DNA from: an uncultured Methanospirillum sp.
Lineage (GTDB): Archaea; Halobacteriota; Methanomicrobia; Methanomicrobiales; Methanospirillaceae
Reading direction: 5' to 3'
Assembly (NCBI GenBank): GCA_964637135.1
Contig: CAZWTX010000005.1
Span: forward strand, 1-64,000
DNA: 64,000 nucleotides
Shown here: piece by piece, positions 50,839 through 60,878 of the stretch
How positions within the stretch are numbered: position 1 is the stretch's first letter
How the letters are laid out: each line of letters begins with the position of its first letter
Made by a program: the position numbers and the translations under genes
The notes under the pieces: generated by a model
Told to the model about the DNA's origin: nothing
What the model saw: only the letters and a program-made list of their open reading frames with translations
The model's database searches: none

Positions 50839-52797
50839 ATGGCACGTCTCTTTGTATCCCTGGCAATCATACTCCTCGTTCTGGCAGGGGTCCTGGTTGT
50901 CTCTGCAGATCCACCGGGAAGCTGGCTCCCTTCGGCCCGGGGAACAGATGCATCTCTCGATCCGGGCATCAGCCCGGCTCCTGCAGATACCCTGCCGTCG
51001 GAAATGATCATCTACATCGGCAGATCATCACCGGTTAATAAAACCATACCGGATGTACAACAGAAAGACCTCTCTGCACAGAGTATCACGGAACCTGAAC
51101 CACAGGAGATCTCACCGATGAACACCCCGGTTGCAGACGGGATTCTGGTACGGTACTCTGATGATGCCGGTGCCATGTCTGCATCATCGGTATCGATAGA
51201 TAGTGCAATCGGCGCGGTATCGGTCGAGGATTATTCTGCATACGGCATTGACGGACTTCAAAAGGTCATTCCCCCCGAAAACATGACCGAGGGAGAAGCT
51301 GTTGCATATTATGAAAACCAGCCGGGTGTTCTCTATGCAGAACCGAACTACATCTGGTCACAGGCCTCAGTTCCAAACGATCCCGGACTCCCGAACCAAT
51401 GGGGACTGATCAATTCCGGCCAGATCTATCGTGAAGGATACCCGGCAGGACTCGCAGGATCTGACATTGATGCATCGGCTGCATGGGACATCAGCACTTC
51501 AGCGGGTGATGTCATCATCGCCGTTATTGACAGCGGAGCTGATTATACCCATCCCGACCTTATAGGAAACATCTGGACCGACGATGCTGGCAACCACGGA
51601 TACGATGTCCTCAACGATGATCCCGATCCGAGTGATGACAACGGACACGGAACCCGTTGTGTCGGGATCATCGGTGCCGTAGGAAACAATGGTATCGGAG
51701 TTTCCGGGGTAGCCTGGCAGGCACGGATCATGCCGGTCAAGGCACTTGACGCATCAGGAAATGCGAAAGTATCTGACATCATCAAGGCAATTGGATGGGC
51801 CACATCCCATGGTGCAACGGTAATCAGCTGTTCATTTGGAAGTCCGTCATATTCCCAGGCAGCATATGATGCCATGTCCTCCTCATCAGCTCTCTTTGTA
51901 TGTGCCGCAGGAAACAGCGATCAGAATAATGATATCACCCCGTTTTACCCGGCTTCATACGGACTTGATAATGTCATATCCGTTTCTGCCAGTGATGCAC
52001 GGGATACCCTGGCCATGAAATCGAATTACGGTGCATCATCGGTACATATCGCTGCACCGGGAAGTTCAATATACAGTACCCAGCCGATGACCCTGGCAGG
52101 AAGCAACGGATATGCGTACGACAGCGGGACATCCATGGCAACGCCCTTTGTAAGCGCTTCTGCTGCCGTTATCAAGGCACAGGCCCCGGCTCTCTCAAAC
52201 CGGGAGATCAGGGATCTGCTCGTCAGGACAGCAGATCCGGTCCCGGCCCTGCAGGGAAAAAACCAGGCAAACGGCCGACTCAACCTCGCTACAGCGTTAA
52301 GAAGCCTTTCTCCGGGGGAAAAGATACCTCTCTTTCAGGGATGGAATTTCCTCTCAGTTCCCTGTCAGCTCTCACCGGGAAGTGACACTGCAGGTTCACT
52401 CTTTTCAGGAGTGCCTTCAGGGGGACACTCGATTCTGACCTATACCCCGGTGGATGGCTGGCGTACAGTCGGAGCACAAACACGGATAGAGCCGCTTACC
52501 GGGTACTGGATCTTCTCTGAACAACAGATGGAGATACCGGTTACCTGCAGCCAGGGACAGGTATCAAAACAGGTCAGTGCAGGCTGGAATACATTTGGTA
52601 TCGCATCGGATACCCCACAGACCGCGAAAGATGCCTTACAATCAGTACAGTCCATCTGGACCTATCTTGTCATGTTCAATCCGGGAACACAACAATACGA
52701 GACGGTTATCATCAGGGGCAGTGATGATGGGAGACAGGTCACCCCCTACCAGGCCGGATGGCTCTACTGCACCGACAGTGGAACCCTAACCGGGTAA
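50839..52797 (+). CDS. secreted S8 subtilisin-like serine protease with C-terminal surface domain
   Basis: Signal peptide, VIDSG, GHGT, AAGN, GTSMATP; repeated GWN...GYW units. Confidence 0.93.
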   Translation: MARLFVSLAIILLVLAGVLVVSADPPGSWLPSARGTDASLDPGISPAPADTLPSEMIIYIGRSSPVNKTIPDVQQKDLSAQSITEPEPQEISPMNTPVADGILVRYSDDAGAMSASSVSIDSAIGAVSVEDYSAYGIDGLQKVIPPENMTEGEAVAYYENQPGVLYAEPNYIWSQASVPNDPGLPNQWGLINSGQIYREGYPAGLAGSDIDASAAWDISTSAGDVIIAVIDSGADYTHPDLIGNIWTDDAGNHGYDVLNDDPDPSDDNGHGTRCVGIIGAVGNNGIGVSGVAWQARIMPVKALDASGNAKVSDIIKAIGWATSHGATVISCSFGSPSYSQAAYDAMSSSSALFVCAAGNSDQNNDITPFYPASYGLDNVISVSASDARDTLAMKSNYGASSVHIAAPGSSIYSTQPMTLAGSNGYAYDSGTSMATPFVSASAAVIKAQAPALSNREIRDLLVRTADPVPALQGKNQANGRLNLATALRSLSPGEKIPLFQGWNFLSVPCQLSPGSDTAGSLFSGVPSGGHSILTYTPVDGWRTVGAQTRIEPLTGYWIFSEQQMEIPVTCSQGQVSKQVSAGWNTFGIASDTPQTAKDALQSVQSIWTYLVMFNPGTQQYETVIIRGSDDGRQVTPYQAGWLYCTDSGTLTG

Positions 52798-52805
52798 TCC
52801 TCTTT

Positions 52806-53387
52806 TTACCAGCCAGTCAGTTCATACGTTCCATTATTATAGAGATCAACCGCTTTCTGAATCAGGTTTTCATCCAGGGGGAACGAAAGCCGTTCCATGG
52901 AGAGCAGTCCGGGATACTCCTCCCGATCTGATAACCCGGCTTCATTGAGATACCACCATTTCAGACAGGCAACAAGCCGTACCTGGTAAAAGTCAGACGA
53001 AATAAAACTGGCAACCGTCGCAACAGGAGTCAGGGAATATCTGAAGAGATCCCGTTCGGGAGCAAACCAAAGCTGATCAGGGATACCAGCGATGAAGGGA
53101 ATGATACCCGGAATCCGGGAGAGCGCTTCACTACCGGGCAAAACCTGGAACGCATGGAAGAGTGACCGGTACCGTTCTGATACCGTATCCCCGGTTCTCC
53201 CCCTGATCTCCGGGCCGGTATCAACCCCATGTCCCTGTCGCTCTGGGTAGGGTAAATGGGCTTCTTTTTCCCTGAAAGCAGCAAGGAGATCCCTGACCGT
53301 ATCAAGGAAAAGGATACAGTCTCCCCCGAGAAAACCACAACATGTCCGGGAACATTTCCGGATAACTACCAGGGTATCAGATCTCAT
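52806..53387 (-). CDS. hypothetical protein
   Basis: 193-aa ORF filling the gap between genes; no motif recognised. Confidence 0.5.
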   Translation of the reverse strand: MRSDTLVVIRKCSRTCCGFLGGDCILFLDTVRDLLAAFREKEAHLPYPERQGHGVDTGPEIRGRTGDTVSERYRSLFHAFQVLPGSEALSRIPGIIPFIAGIPDQLWFAPERDLFRYSLTPVATVASFISSDFYQVRLVACLKWWYLNEAGLSDREEYPGLLSMERLSFPLDENLIQKAVDLYNNGTYELTGW

Positions 53388-53403
53388 AAAAAAAGAATCA
53401 GGC

Positions 53404-53622
53404 TTACCAGAAGCCCATTTTCTTCTCTTTCCACTCAGAACATTTCCAGGTTCCCTCTATCCGCGGGCGAACATGGATAATGAATGGTTTTCCGGCCTGA
53501 TCGGTTCCGGCATATATCGGGGTGGGGGGGCTTTTCCAGCATTCTAATCGGGTTATTTCCTTGTTTTTTCCCAGAATGGGAATACAGAACTGACAGTTCT
53601 GGCAGAAATGAGGATCAGCCAT
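53404..53622 (-). CDS. small Cys-rich hypothetical protein
   Basis: CQNCQFC...ECWKSPP...RP.....CSEW. Confidence 0.6.
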   Translation of the reverse strand: MADPHFCQNCQFCIPILGKNKEITRLECWKSPPTPIYAGTDQAGKPFIIHVRPRIEGTWKCSEWKEKKMGFW

Positions 53623-53719
53623 ATCTTTTGTATGTGTGCAGCCAGGTCAGATAAACATGATCAGACCAAACCTGATAATATCGAAATCTATATTGGTATC
53701 CGGGCATTACAGGTTGATA

Positions 53720-55228
53720 ATGAACCCTGGCTTTTTTAACCGTTTCTTTACATCAACGCCAAAACCCCATATCGTTTCCAGTCCCCCGCCTCCACGGATT
53801 GTCAGGGGTCCGGGGGTTGAACTCCGGGAATTTGACGAAAAACCATACTTTATCGTTGCATCTGTAGAGATGGGCAATACCACGACGAAATGCATTCTCA
53901 CCGGAGTAAACCTTGAAAACGGGATGTCATACGTCATCAACAAAACCGTGAGCATGAGCAGGGATGTCCGTCCGCCAAGACCAGGGGAAGAAGTCTTCGG
54001 GCGGACACTTGACGGCACTGAACTCACCAGGGAATCAGTCACCGAACTGGTAAAAAACACCCTGATCACCTGTCACCAGGATGCGAAACTGGATATCAGG
54101 AAAGACCTTGATTTTGTCGTCAGGAGTACCGGAGTCGTTGCTGCCATGGATTCTCCTGATCAGGTTGGAGACTTTATCATTGCGCTTGCAAACGGGTGTC
54201 TCGAAGCAGGAGTTCCCCCGAGGAAAATGACGCCCCCGATGTCCAAGGCCAACCAGTCTGAAAAACTTCAGCCGTTCTCGTTCGCTGACCGGGTGAATTT
54301 TTCAGGAGCGGTTGCCGGTGTGGTTCCTCCCCAGGGAACGACCGGTGTCGAGATGGTGGCAAACGAGATGGAAGGCGAACTGGCCATGGCGGGAATCAAG
54401 GAAGGAGCGAAGTGGACCCCGGTTGATTTTAGGAACCCATGCATCTCCATCGATTTTGGGACGACGCTTGACGGACGGGTCACCAGCCCGGTTGATCCGG
54501 ACGCAACCAATCCCTTTGCCAGAACGATTGGTAACTTCTGCGGGCTTGCCGGTGCTATCCCGGATGCCATCGTAAAGGGAACCGGGCTGGTACAGGAGCG
54601 GACCGGGACCGCACTTGATATCTTCGGTGAATCGAGCAGACTGAGTGGAACGCTCTCAATCAGGAAAAAATCCCCGGCAATAGATGAATATGTCAGGGCC
54701 TGTATGGATCTCACCAGCATCGAGGTTGTTCCACCTGAACGGACACGTTATGGTATGGTGCCGGTATATGCAGAAGTAGCAATGAAATCAGGAGTCAGCC
54801 TGATAGGAATAGATGCAGGGGTGAATGGATCAACCCTCCCTGAGCTGGGAGAAATCGGGAAGGATATCATTAAGAACCATTCGCTCCCGGTTCTGAACGA
54901 GATCATCGACCGGGTCTGTACAGAGATGGCCCTTGGCCTCGTTGACGTCGCACGCCAGGAGGGGCACATCTACCCGGAGACCTCGATCGGGTTCACCGGC
55001 CGGGCTGCAATATCCGGAAAAAAACCCGAATATATTCTCGAAGGAATTATTGACCGGAAATTGTTTTCAGATCCGATTGATCACCTGGTGTTTGTTGACG
55101 ACGGATTGGCACGGGGGGCCGCCCTGATGGGACGGTGCATGAATTCACTGGGTAAGCCCGGCAATCCAATCGGGGGTATCAGGGGAGGAAAATGTATTCT
55201 TTCACGGCGGGTGGCAATCGGCCGGTAA
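53720..55228 (+). CDS. methanogenesis marker protein 14
   Basis: VASVEMGNTTTK, DFVVRSTGV, DFGTTL, DDGLARGA. Confidence 0.9.
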   Translation: MNPGFFNRFFTSTPKPHIVSSPPPPRIVRGPGVELREFDEKPYFIVASVEMGNTTTKCILTGVNLENGMSYVINKTVSMSRDVRPPRPGEEVFGRTLDGTELTRESVTELVKNTLITCHQDAKLDIRKDLDFVVRSTGVVAAMDSPDQVGDFIIALANGCLEAGVPPRKMTPPMSKANQSEKLQPFSFADRVNFSGAVAGVVPPQGTTGVEMVANEMEGELAMAGIKEGAKWTPVDFRNPCISIDFGTTLDGRVTSPVDPDATNPFARTIGNFCGLAGAIPDAIVKGTGLVQERTGTALDIFGESSRLSGTLSIRKKSPAIDEYVRACMDLTSIEVVPPERTRYGMVPVYAEVAMKSGVSLIGIDAGVNGSTLPELGEIGKDIIKNHSLPVLNEIIDRVCTEMALGLVDVARQEGHIYPETSIGFTGRAAISGKKPEYILEGIIDRKLFSDPIDHLVFVDDGLARGAALMGRCMNSLGKPGNPIGGIRGGKCILSRRVAIGR

Positions 55229-55292
55229 TATCTCCGTTATTACCGTTAGTCCATTCGTAAGACTCATCCGGTACAGTATCAAAGAATTACGT

Positions 55293-55556
55293 ATGGAAGA
55301 ATCAGAACAACTCTATGATCTCATCTTTCCGCCGGGTACCCCGCAAACCATCATCCGGGAGATCATCAATACGTTCGATATCGAACTCGTGGACAGGGGT
55401 GAGAAGATCAGTTTTGCAAATATGGAAGGAGATATCCGAAACCTCATCGCCGCCAGGGGGAAAAAGGAGACTATGCTTGAGGTTGAGGAATTCTTTAAAC
55501 AAAAAATGATGGAATTCATCGACGATGGACCAGAAGAAAAATCCCGGTACCAATGA
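55293..55556 (+). CDS. conserved hypothetical protein
   Basis: YDLIFPPGTP..II.EI; follows marker 14. Confidence 0.65.
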   Translation: MEESEQLYDLIFPPGTPQTIIREIINTFDIELVDRGEKISFANMEGDIRNLIAARGKKETMLEVEEFFKQKMMEFIDDGPEEKSRYQ

Positions 55557-56106
55557 ATAACGCAGAAATGAGTGTTCCCGGGGACATGGGTGATTGGGAA
55601 TGCGTCTCCTCTGGTATCGCAGAATTTACGATAGCCGTCTCATTAGTGGTCTGTTGTGCAGTTTCCTGTGTTTGAACCACCTTTGGGGTTTCTTTTTGTG
55701 TGGGTACAGGTTCCTGTCCTGATGCTGACTCTGAACTGATAAGAGAGAAAACCCTGGTTTCACGATAATCCTTGCCAATTACCTCGACCCTGACCATGTA
55801 GGTATCTTCACCCCATCTGTCTGTTGAGAATGTTCCGTTCCAAAAGAACCGCCCGGAATCATCTTTTCTCACCGGGACAACCTGGGAGGATCCTCCGGTC
55901 ATCGAGGAGTCAAATTTTCCGGCTGGGCCAAATGAAGCCGGAAATACCTCAATGAGAACCTTGTTATCGGTATTGAAATTGGTCATCCCTGATACAGAGA
56001 AGTCAGTTCCTGATGCGACAATCGCAGGAACGGCAATATCTGCAATAACTCCGGGAAAAAGGCTCCAGATCAATGCAAAAAGGCATACAACACACAGGAT
56101 CTTCAT
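55516..56106 (-). CDS. secreted surface protein with Thr/Pro linker and C-terminal TM anchor
   Basis: Signal peptide; SP motif + hydrophobic helix + RR tail (archaeosortase-like sorting signal). Confidence 0.75.
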   Translation of the reverse strand: MKILCVVCLFALIWSLFPGVIADIAVPAIVASGTDFSVSGMTNFNTDNKVLIEVFPASFGPAGKFDSSMTGGSSQVVPVRKDDSGRFFWNGTFSTDRWGEDTYMVRVEVIGKDYRETRVFSLISSESASGQEPVPTQKETPKVVQTQETAQQTTNETAIVNSAIPEETHSQSPMSPGTLISALFIGTGIFLLVHRR

Positions 56107-56192
56107 AACAGGTACTGAGTACCTAAGATGAAGAGGATATCGAACCTGCCTGCTGATCTCCCATCTTCATTGCCGGTACCTCTTTTTTCAGG

Positions 56193-56265
56193 CTCCCGCA
56201 GTTGCTTCGGAGAGCATTCCGGCACTGTCATTGGGGTGATGCGGGAGACGGGTCAATCCAGTGCC
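56193..56265 (-). ncRNA. candidate nested double-pseudoknot RNA (HDV-ribozyme-like topology)
   Basis: Interleaved perfect helices GGCACUG/CAGUGCC and CUCCCGCA/UGCGGGAG, plus UCA/UGA and UGCU/AGCA. Confidence 0.45.
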
Positions 56266-56429
56266 ATCTGATACCATCACCGATGAACTCCTGAGGATTA
56301 TGTTTATGCTCCTCATCAGGCAGGGATACCGGTTTTCCCCTGATGAACTCACTCGTTACCGGAATTTTTTAGAAAGTTTTATTATACTATTATTTTAATT
56401 AAAAGCTTAATATCTAGATGGGTCTATTT

Positions 56430-58019
56430 ATGAAATTAAATCGGACGTGGGTGTACCTGATACTGGGGTGTGTTCTCCTTGCGGGATATGCAGGAGGAGA
56501 GACTACGGGAACCGAAACAGGATGCACAGACTGTTTTGGCCCTTATTCTTCCAGTGAATTCTCATCAGCCGGGATTACTGCTTATTCTGATCTCGCGGAT
56601 TCCAGGATACATGCGATCAACACGTATAACCAGGAACATGATCTTGACTGGACGGCCGGGGTTACGTCCAAATCATCACTAACCGGGGAACAGAAAAAGA
56701 GACTGCTTGGATTAAAGCCGGCCAGCGCCTCTTCATCTGCAGTATCAGGTCATTATGCCTCTTCTGACATCCTCACAAACTCAGATCTTCCATCCTCATT
56801 TGACTGGAGATCTGAAAACGGGGACTGGACAACACCCGTCAGGGACCAGGGCGCATGTGGCAGTTGTTATGCATTCGCCACCACAGGGATTTACGAATCA
56901 TACTGGGAACGATATAACCAGGACGCTACCCTTAATCCTGATTTCTCAGAACAGTACCTTGTCTCATGCGACAGTGCTGATGAGGGTTGTAATGGTGGCG
57001 AATTCATCAATGCAATGCCATATTTTATCGATCAACCTGACCTGAACGGGGGGGTCGGGACAGTCCAGGAGATAGCATATCCGTATGCCGCCATGGAATC
57101 ACCCTGCAAATCGCTTACCGGCAATACCCGGTATACGGCAGAACAATGGGGTTTTGTCAGGATTCCAACTGATACTCAGGGTGATCCTGAAGAATTCATA
57201 CCCACAATCGGAGAATTAAAGGCGGCAATTTACCTGAAAGGACCGCTTGCAGTTGGGATGTCTGTAGCCGATCCCTTTTATGATTACGTATCAGGTATCT
57301 ACGAAGATCCGGTCCCCAGAAATTCATCAGACCATGCCGTGATCCTTGTTGGCTGGGGGATTGAGAATGAAAAGGAGTACTTCATCGCAAAGAACAGCTG
57401 GGGAACCGGATGGGGAGAATCCGGATGGTTCAGAATAGCGGTCAATTCATCAAATATTGGTCAGGGAGCAGTTTATTTTGATTACCAGGATGCCCCGGTT
57501 CCGACTCCGACCGGGCAGCCGGGCCCCTATATCGTTTCAAACTTTACAGCAAGCCCTGTTTCCGGAACGGTTCCTTTGAAGGTTAGTTTTTCGGATCGAT
57601 CAGAAGGTTCCCCGCAGGCATGGGAATGGTCATTCGGAGACGGTCTTCGTTCTGTGGATAAAAACCCGGTTCACACCTACATGAAACCGGGAAAATATTC
57701 GGTCGAACTGCGGGTAAGCAGGGGAGAGTACCAGGCATACTCAAAACAGGCCGATCTTATCCGTGTCAAACCACCATACCAGCAGGTGTTTGCCTTCCCG
57801 AAAGGAGATGGTACAGACTATCCCCAGCCCTCAGATCCGGATGATGACGGATTATTCGAGGATATTGACGGAAACGGATGGCTTGACTTTAATGATCCAA
57901 AGGTGCTCTTTGACTGGATGAATTATGCAATCGCAAACCAGCCGGTTTACCAGTTTGACTTCGACGGAAGTGGATTCATTGGATTTGATGATGTCTCAGT
58001 CCTCAAATCGATGGTTTAG
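56430..58019 (+). CDS. secreted C1A papain-like cysteine protease with PKD and dockerin-like domains
   Basis: QGACGSCYAF, DHAV, KNSWG; PKD WSFGDG; DGLFEDIDGNG / FDFDGSG Ca-binding pair. Confidence 0.9.
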   Translation: MKLNRTWVYLILGCVLLAGYAGGETTGTETGCTDCFGPYSSSEFSSAGITAYSDLADSRIHAINTYNQEHDLDWTAGVTSKSSLTGEQKKRLLGLKPASASSSAVSGHYASSDILTNSDLPSSFDWRSENGDWTTPVRDQGACGSCYAFATTGIYESYWERYNQDATLNPDFSEQYLVSCDSADEGCNGGEFINAMPYFIDQPDLNGGVGTVQEIAYPYAAMESPCKSLTGNTRYTAEQWGFVRIPTDTQGDPEEFIPTIGELKAAIYLKGPLAVGMSVADPFYDYVSGIYEDPVPRNSSDHAVILVGWGIENEKEYFIAKNSWGTGWGESGWFRIAVNSSNIGQGAVYFDYQDAPVPTPTGQPGPYIVSNFTASPVSGTVPLKVSFSDRSEGSPQAWEWSFGDGLRSVDKNPVHTYMKPGKYSVELRVSRGEYQAYSKQADLIRVKPPYQQVFAFPKGDGTDYPQPSDPDDDGLFEDIDGNGWLDFNDPKVLFDWMNYAIANQPVYQFDFDGSGFIGFDDVSVLKSMV

Positions 58020-58031
58020 GAGGGACAGGAG

Positions 58032-58550
58032 ATGAAATCGATATTCAGGAAAACTATTCTGCTGGGTGTTATCCTCGCATGTTTCATTGTATCCGGGGGA
58101 TCGGCAAGCTCGTTGTTTTTTTACCCGGATGTGGTTGAGACAAATCCGGGGGATACCCCTGAAATATCTCTTATGATGGAAGGAGTCGGGGAGGGCCTTT
58201 CCGGATACAGCCTGCTGATCACAGTAGATGATCCGACAACGGCATCCATCCTTGCAATCCGGTTCCCGGAATGGGCGGATCTTGAAAGCACTGAGATCCT
58301 GAACAGCACGACGATTCAGATCCGGGCTGCCGATACGAGCCGGCAGATCCAGGAAGGAACTGCCGTGATTGTACTTGCTGACATTATTCTCAATGCACGG
58401 AGTGCAGGATATGCACAAATCCAGGTTACCCCCCTTATCATCGACGATGATAAAAAAGGAAGGTATTCCCCGTTCACTTCTACCGGGTCTATCGTGATTT
58501 CAGGAGCTGGTCCTGTTCCCCCGTCCCCGATAATTCCGATGACACCATAA
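58032..58550 (+). CDS. secreted cohesin-like domain protein
   Basis: Signal peptide; GLSGYSLLITVDDP...FPEWA...IIDDDKKG beta-sandwich pattern. Confidence 0.6.
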   Translation: MKSIFRKTILLGVILACFIVSGGSASSLFFYPDVVETNPGDTPEISLMMEGVGEGLSGYSLLITVDDPTTASILAIRFPEWADLESTEILNSTTIQIRAADTSRQIQEGTAVIVLADIILNARSAGYAQIQVTPLIIDDDKKGRYSPFTSTGSIVISGAGPVPPSPIIPMTP

Positions 58551-58743
58551 CGATTTTTTTACCCGGGATATCTCGTATTCTCTTTTTTCAATCAAACCCG
58601 AAGGAAAGGCTCTGTCAGGGGATCGCACCTTCCCGGGTTACATCGTTCCCCGTTGTCTTCCGATATTGCCATGCCGGTGCATGGAGTAGAATCGGCCTGA
58701 TGAAAGCCGATATAGGAGAGGGTGAATATATACTATTCTGCAT

Positions 58744-60210
58744 ATGAAATCAGGTATTGGTACCCTATGTACAGTCATCCTGGCGGTTCTCCTCGGAACT
58801 ACCGGGATCTGTCTCGCAGTACCTCCCATCCCGGCACAATTTTATGGCAGTATTTCCATTGACGGAAACCCGGCACCTGCCGGAACGATGATTACTGCCC
58901 TCATCAACGGACAGGAGAAGGGATCGCTCATCACGACCGTTGACGGATATTATGGCGGGCTGGGAATATTCGACGACAAACTTACCGTTACTGCAACAGA
59001 AGAAGAATATTCTGGAGGATTTCGGGAGATCATCTTTCAGATCGGCGGAGTCCGGGCAGATCAGACAGCAACCTATGATGTCGGAGCGATAACCCAGCTT
59101 GATCTGACCACCGGAGGAACAGGGGGTGGATCCTATCCGACCGCAGTCCCGGCTCAGCAGGGAGCAGTTCCTCCTGAACCTGACGGATCAATGTACCTCA
59201 CCAATCAATCATTACAACCGGGAAGTATCCCGGCTGGAACAGATCCCGGGGTTCTAACACCCGGACCAGCAGTCAATGGATCCCCCGGTCTGGTCGACAA
59301 TTACTCATCACCGCGTCAGTCAGGTGATAATTCAGAACCCCCATCCATACAGACATCTGGATCCCATATCAGTTACGGGCTGGACGCTAACCGGGTATTC
59401 TCCTCTGATGACGGACTTGCCGGGCTTTCATTTGAAAAGGGAACGATGATCTTTACGCAGACCGGTCAGTACCTCCAGCAGGTATCCGTGAAAGCGAGAA
59501 ATATTCCGGATCTCCCCCGCGAGCCTGATGTTCCCGGTATGAAATTTACCGGGTATGCATACGAAGTAACCCCCGGAAACACGTATTTTAACCCAAAGGG
59601 GATTCTCATCCTTCATCTGCCACCGGAACGATCCTTCGATATCGTGAATGCAAAACCAGTGATTTATGAATTCATCCCACAGATTGGTTCATGGCAACCG
59701 GTATATACCGAATCCAGCCATTTTACCGGAGAGGTACGCGGTGATGTCTATGAGGCTGCCTCATTTGCGCTCTTTATTCCCAATACCACCACGACCAACT
59801 CCTCCCAGGGTAATCTCTCAACAGGAATGACAGTATCGTCAATTCCTGTAAATACTACCCGGTCAGGAGAGATAACCACCGGACCTGGTCAGATCAATAA
59901 TACAACAGTGGGCACTCCCGAATTCCTGACACCAATCGGGACTTCGCAGGTGAACACCGATGAAACTGGCAGTCAGAACACCAGCCCAACACCGGACGAA
60001 ACTGAACCAGGTATGAATACCTCCCCGGTTCAGCCTTCATCGCTTATAACCGGGATTGTTGCAATGCCGGGAACCATTGCCGGGGGCATGGTAGCTGCCA
60101 TAAAAACTCCAGCGGGATTCGCGATTCTCCTGATCCTGACCGGCATTCTCGTTAATGTTATCATCTGGCAGATCTACACCCGCCGGATGAAGCCAAAGGA
60201 AGACCGATGA
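58744..60210 (+). CDS. cell-surface glycoprotein with C-terminal TM anchor
   Basis: Signal peptide, PAQFYGSISIDG.PAPAG domain, many N-X-S/T sequons, Thr/Pro stalk, TM + basic tail. Confidence 0.75.
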   Translation: MKSGIGTLCTVILAVLLGTTGICLAVPPIPAQFYGSISIDGNPAPAGTMITALINGQEKGSLITTVDGYYGGLGIFDDKLTVTATEEEYSGGFREIIFQIGGVRADQTATYDVGAITQLDLTTGGTGGGSYPTAVPAQQGAVPPEPDGSMYLTNQSLQPGSIPAGTDPGVLTPGPAVNGSPGLVDNYSSPRQSGDNSEPPSIQTSGSHISYGLDANRVFSSDDGLAGLSFEKGTMIFTQTGQYLQQVSVKARNIPDLPREPDVPGMKFTGYAYEVTPGNTYFNPKGILILHLPPERSFDIVNAKPVIYEFIPQIGSWQPVYTESSHFTGEVRGDVYEAASFALFIPNTTTTNSSQGNLSTGMTVSSIPVNTTRSGEITTGPGQINNTTVGTPEFLTPIGTSQVNTDETGSQNTSPTPDETEPGMNTSPVQPSSLITGIVAMPGTIAGGMVAAIKTPAGFAILLILTGILVNVIIWQIYTRRMKPKEDR

Positions 60211-60878
60211 ATTCGCCCCGTAAAGCCCACCTCGCGGCAACGATAATCAGGGAGATAAAAAAAGGGGATCCGGAGAGGGCACTTCGCTCCCTTGAAACCC
60301 TCCTCCGGGATCATCCCGACAATCCCGTACTTCTTAATCTGAAAGGGGTCTGCCTCGGGATGCTCGGGGAGCATGCACAGTCACTTGAATGGTACGAAAA
60401 GGCGTTGTACCATGATCCGGGTACGGCCATATTCTGGAACAACAAGGGCCTTGCCTGCCAGAACCTGGGATGGCATGAAAAAGCAATCCCGTTGTATATC
60501 GAAGCAATACGTCTCGACCCCCTCGGTATTGAACAGCGGTATAATCTCGGTAATGCCTGCCAGGCAATGGAACAATATGAAGATGCCATATATCGGTATA
60601 ACGAAGTTCTGGAATTATCACCCGGACACCTCCTCTCATTACTCAACAAAGGAAATGCGCTTGCGGCAGCAGGTGATCCGGATGCCGCCATCGCCTGCTA
60701 TCAGCAGATCCTGGCCGACCATCCTGATAATCCGGATGCTGCATATAATACCGGACATACCTATGAAGAGGCAGGGAATATAGAATCAGCGGAAAAATGG
60801 TACCATACCACCCTTTCGATTGATCCCACATATGAAGATGCACAAATCAGACTGAAAGCCCTGAAAAAAAGGACCTGA
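60207..60878 (+). CDS. TPR-repeat protein
   Basis: About 6 TPR repeats (WNNKG, YNLGN, LNKGN). Confidence 0.9.
   Translation: MNSPRKAHLAATIIREIKKGDPERALRSLETLLRDHPDNPVLLNLKGVCLGMLGEHAQSLEWYEKALYHDPGTAIFWNNKGLACQNLGWHEKAIPLYIEAIRLDPLGIEQRYNLGNACQAMEQYEDAIYRYNEVLELSPGHLLSLLNKGNALAAAGDPDAAIACYQQILADHPDNPDAAYNTGHTYEEAGNIESAEKWYHTTLSIDPTYEDAQIRLKALKKRT

Noticed and set aside
56310..56350. CTGATGA as a hammerhead core or fluoride riboswitch
   Set aside because: No GAAA after a stem II, and no GGCGATGG-type pseudoknot partner
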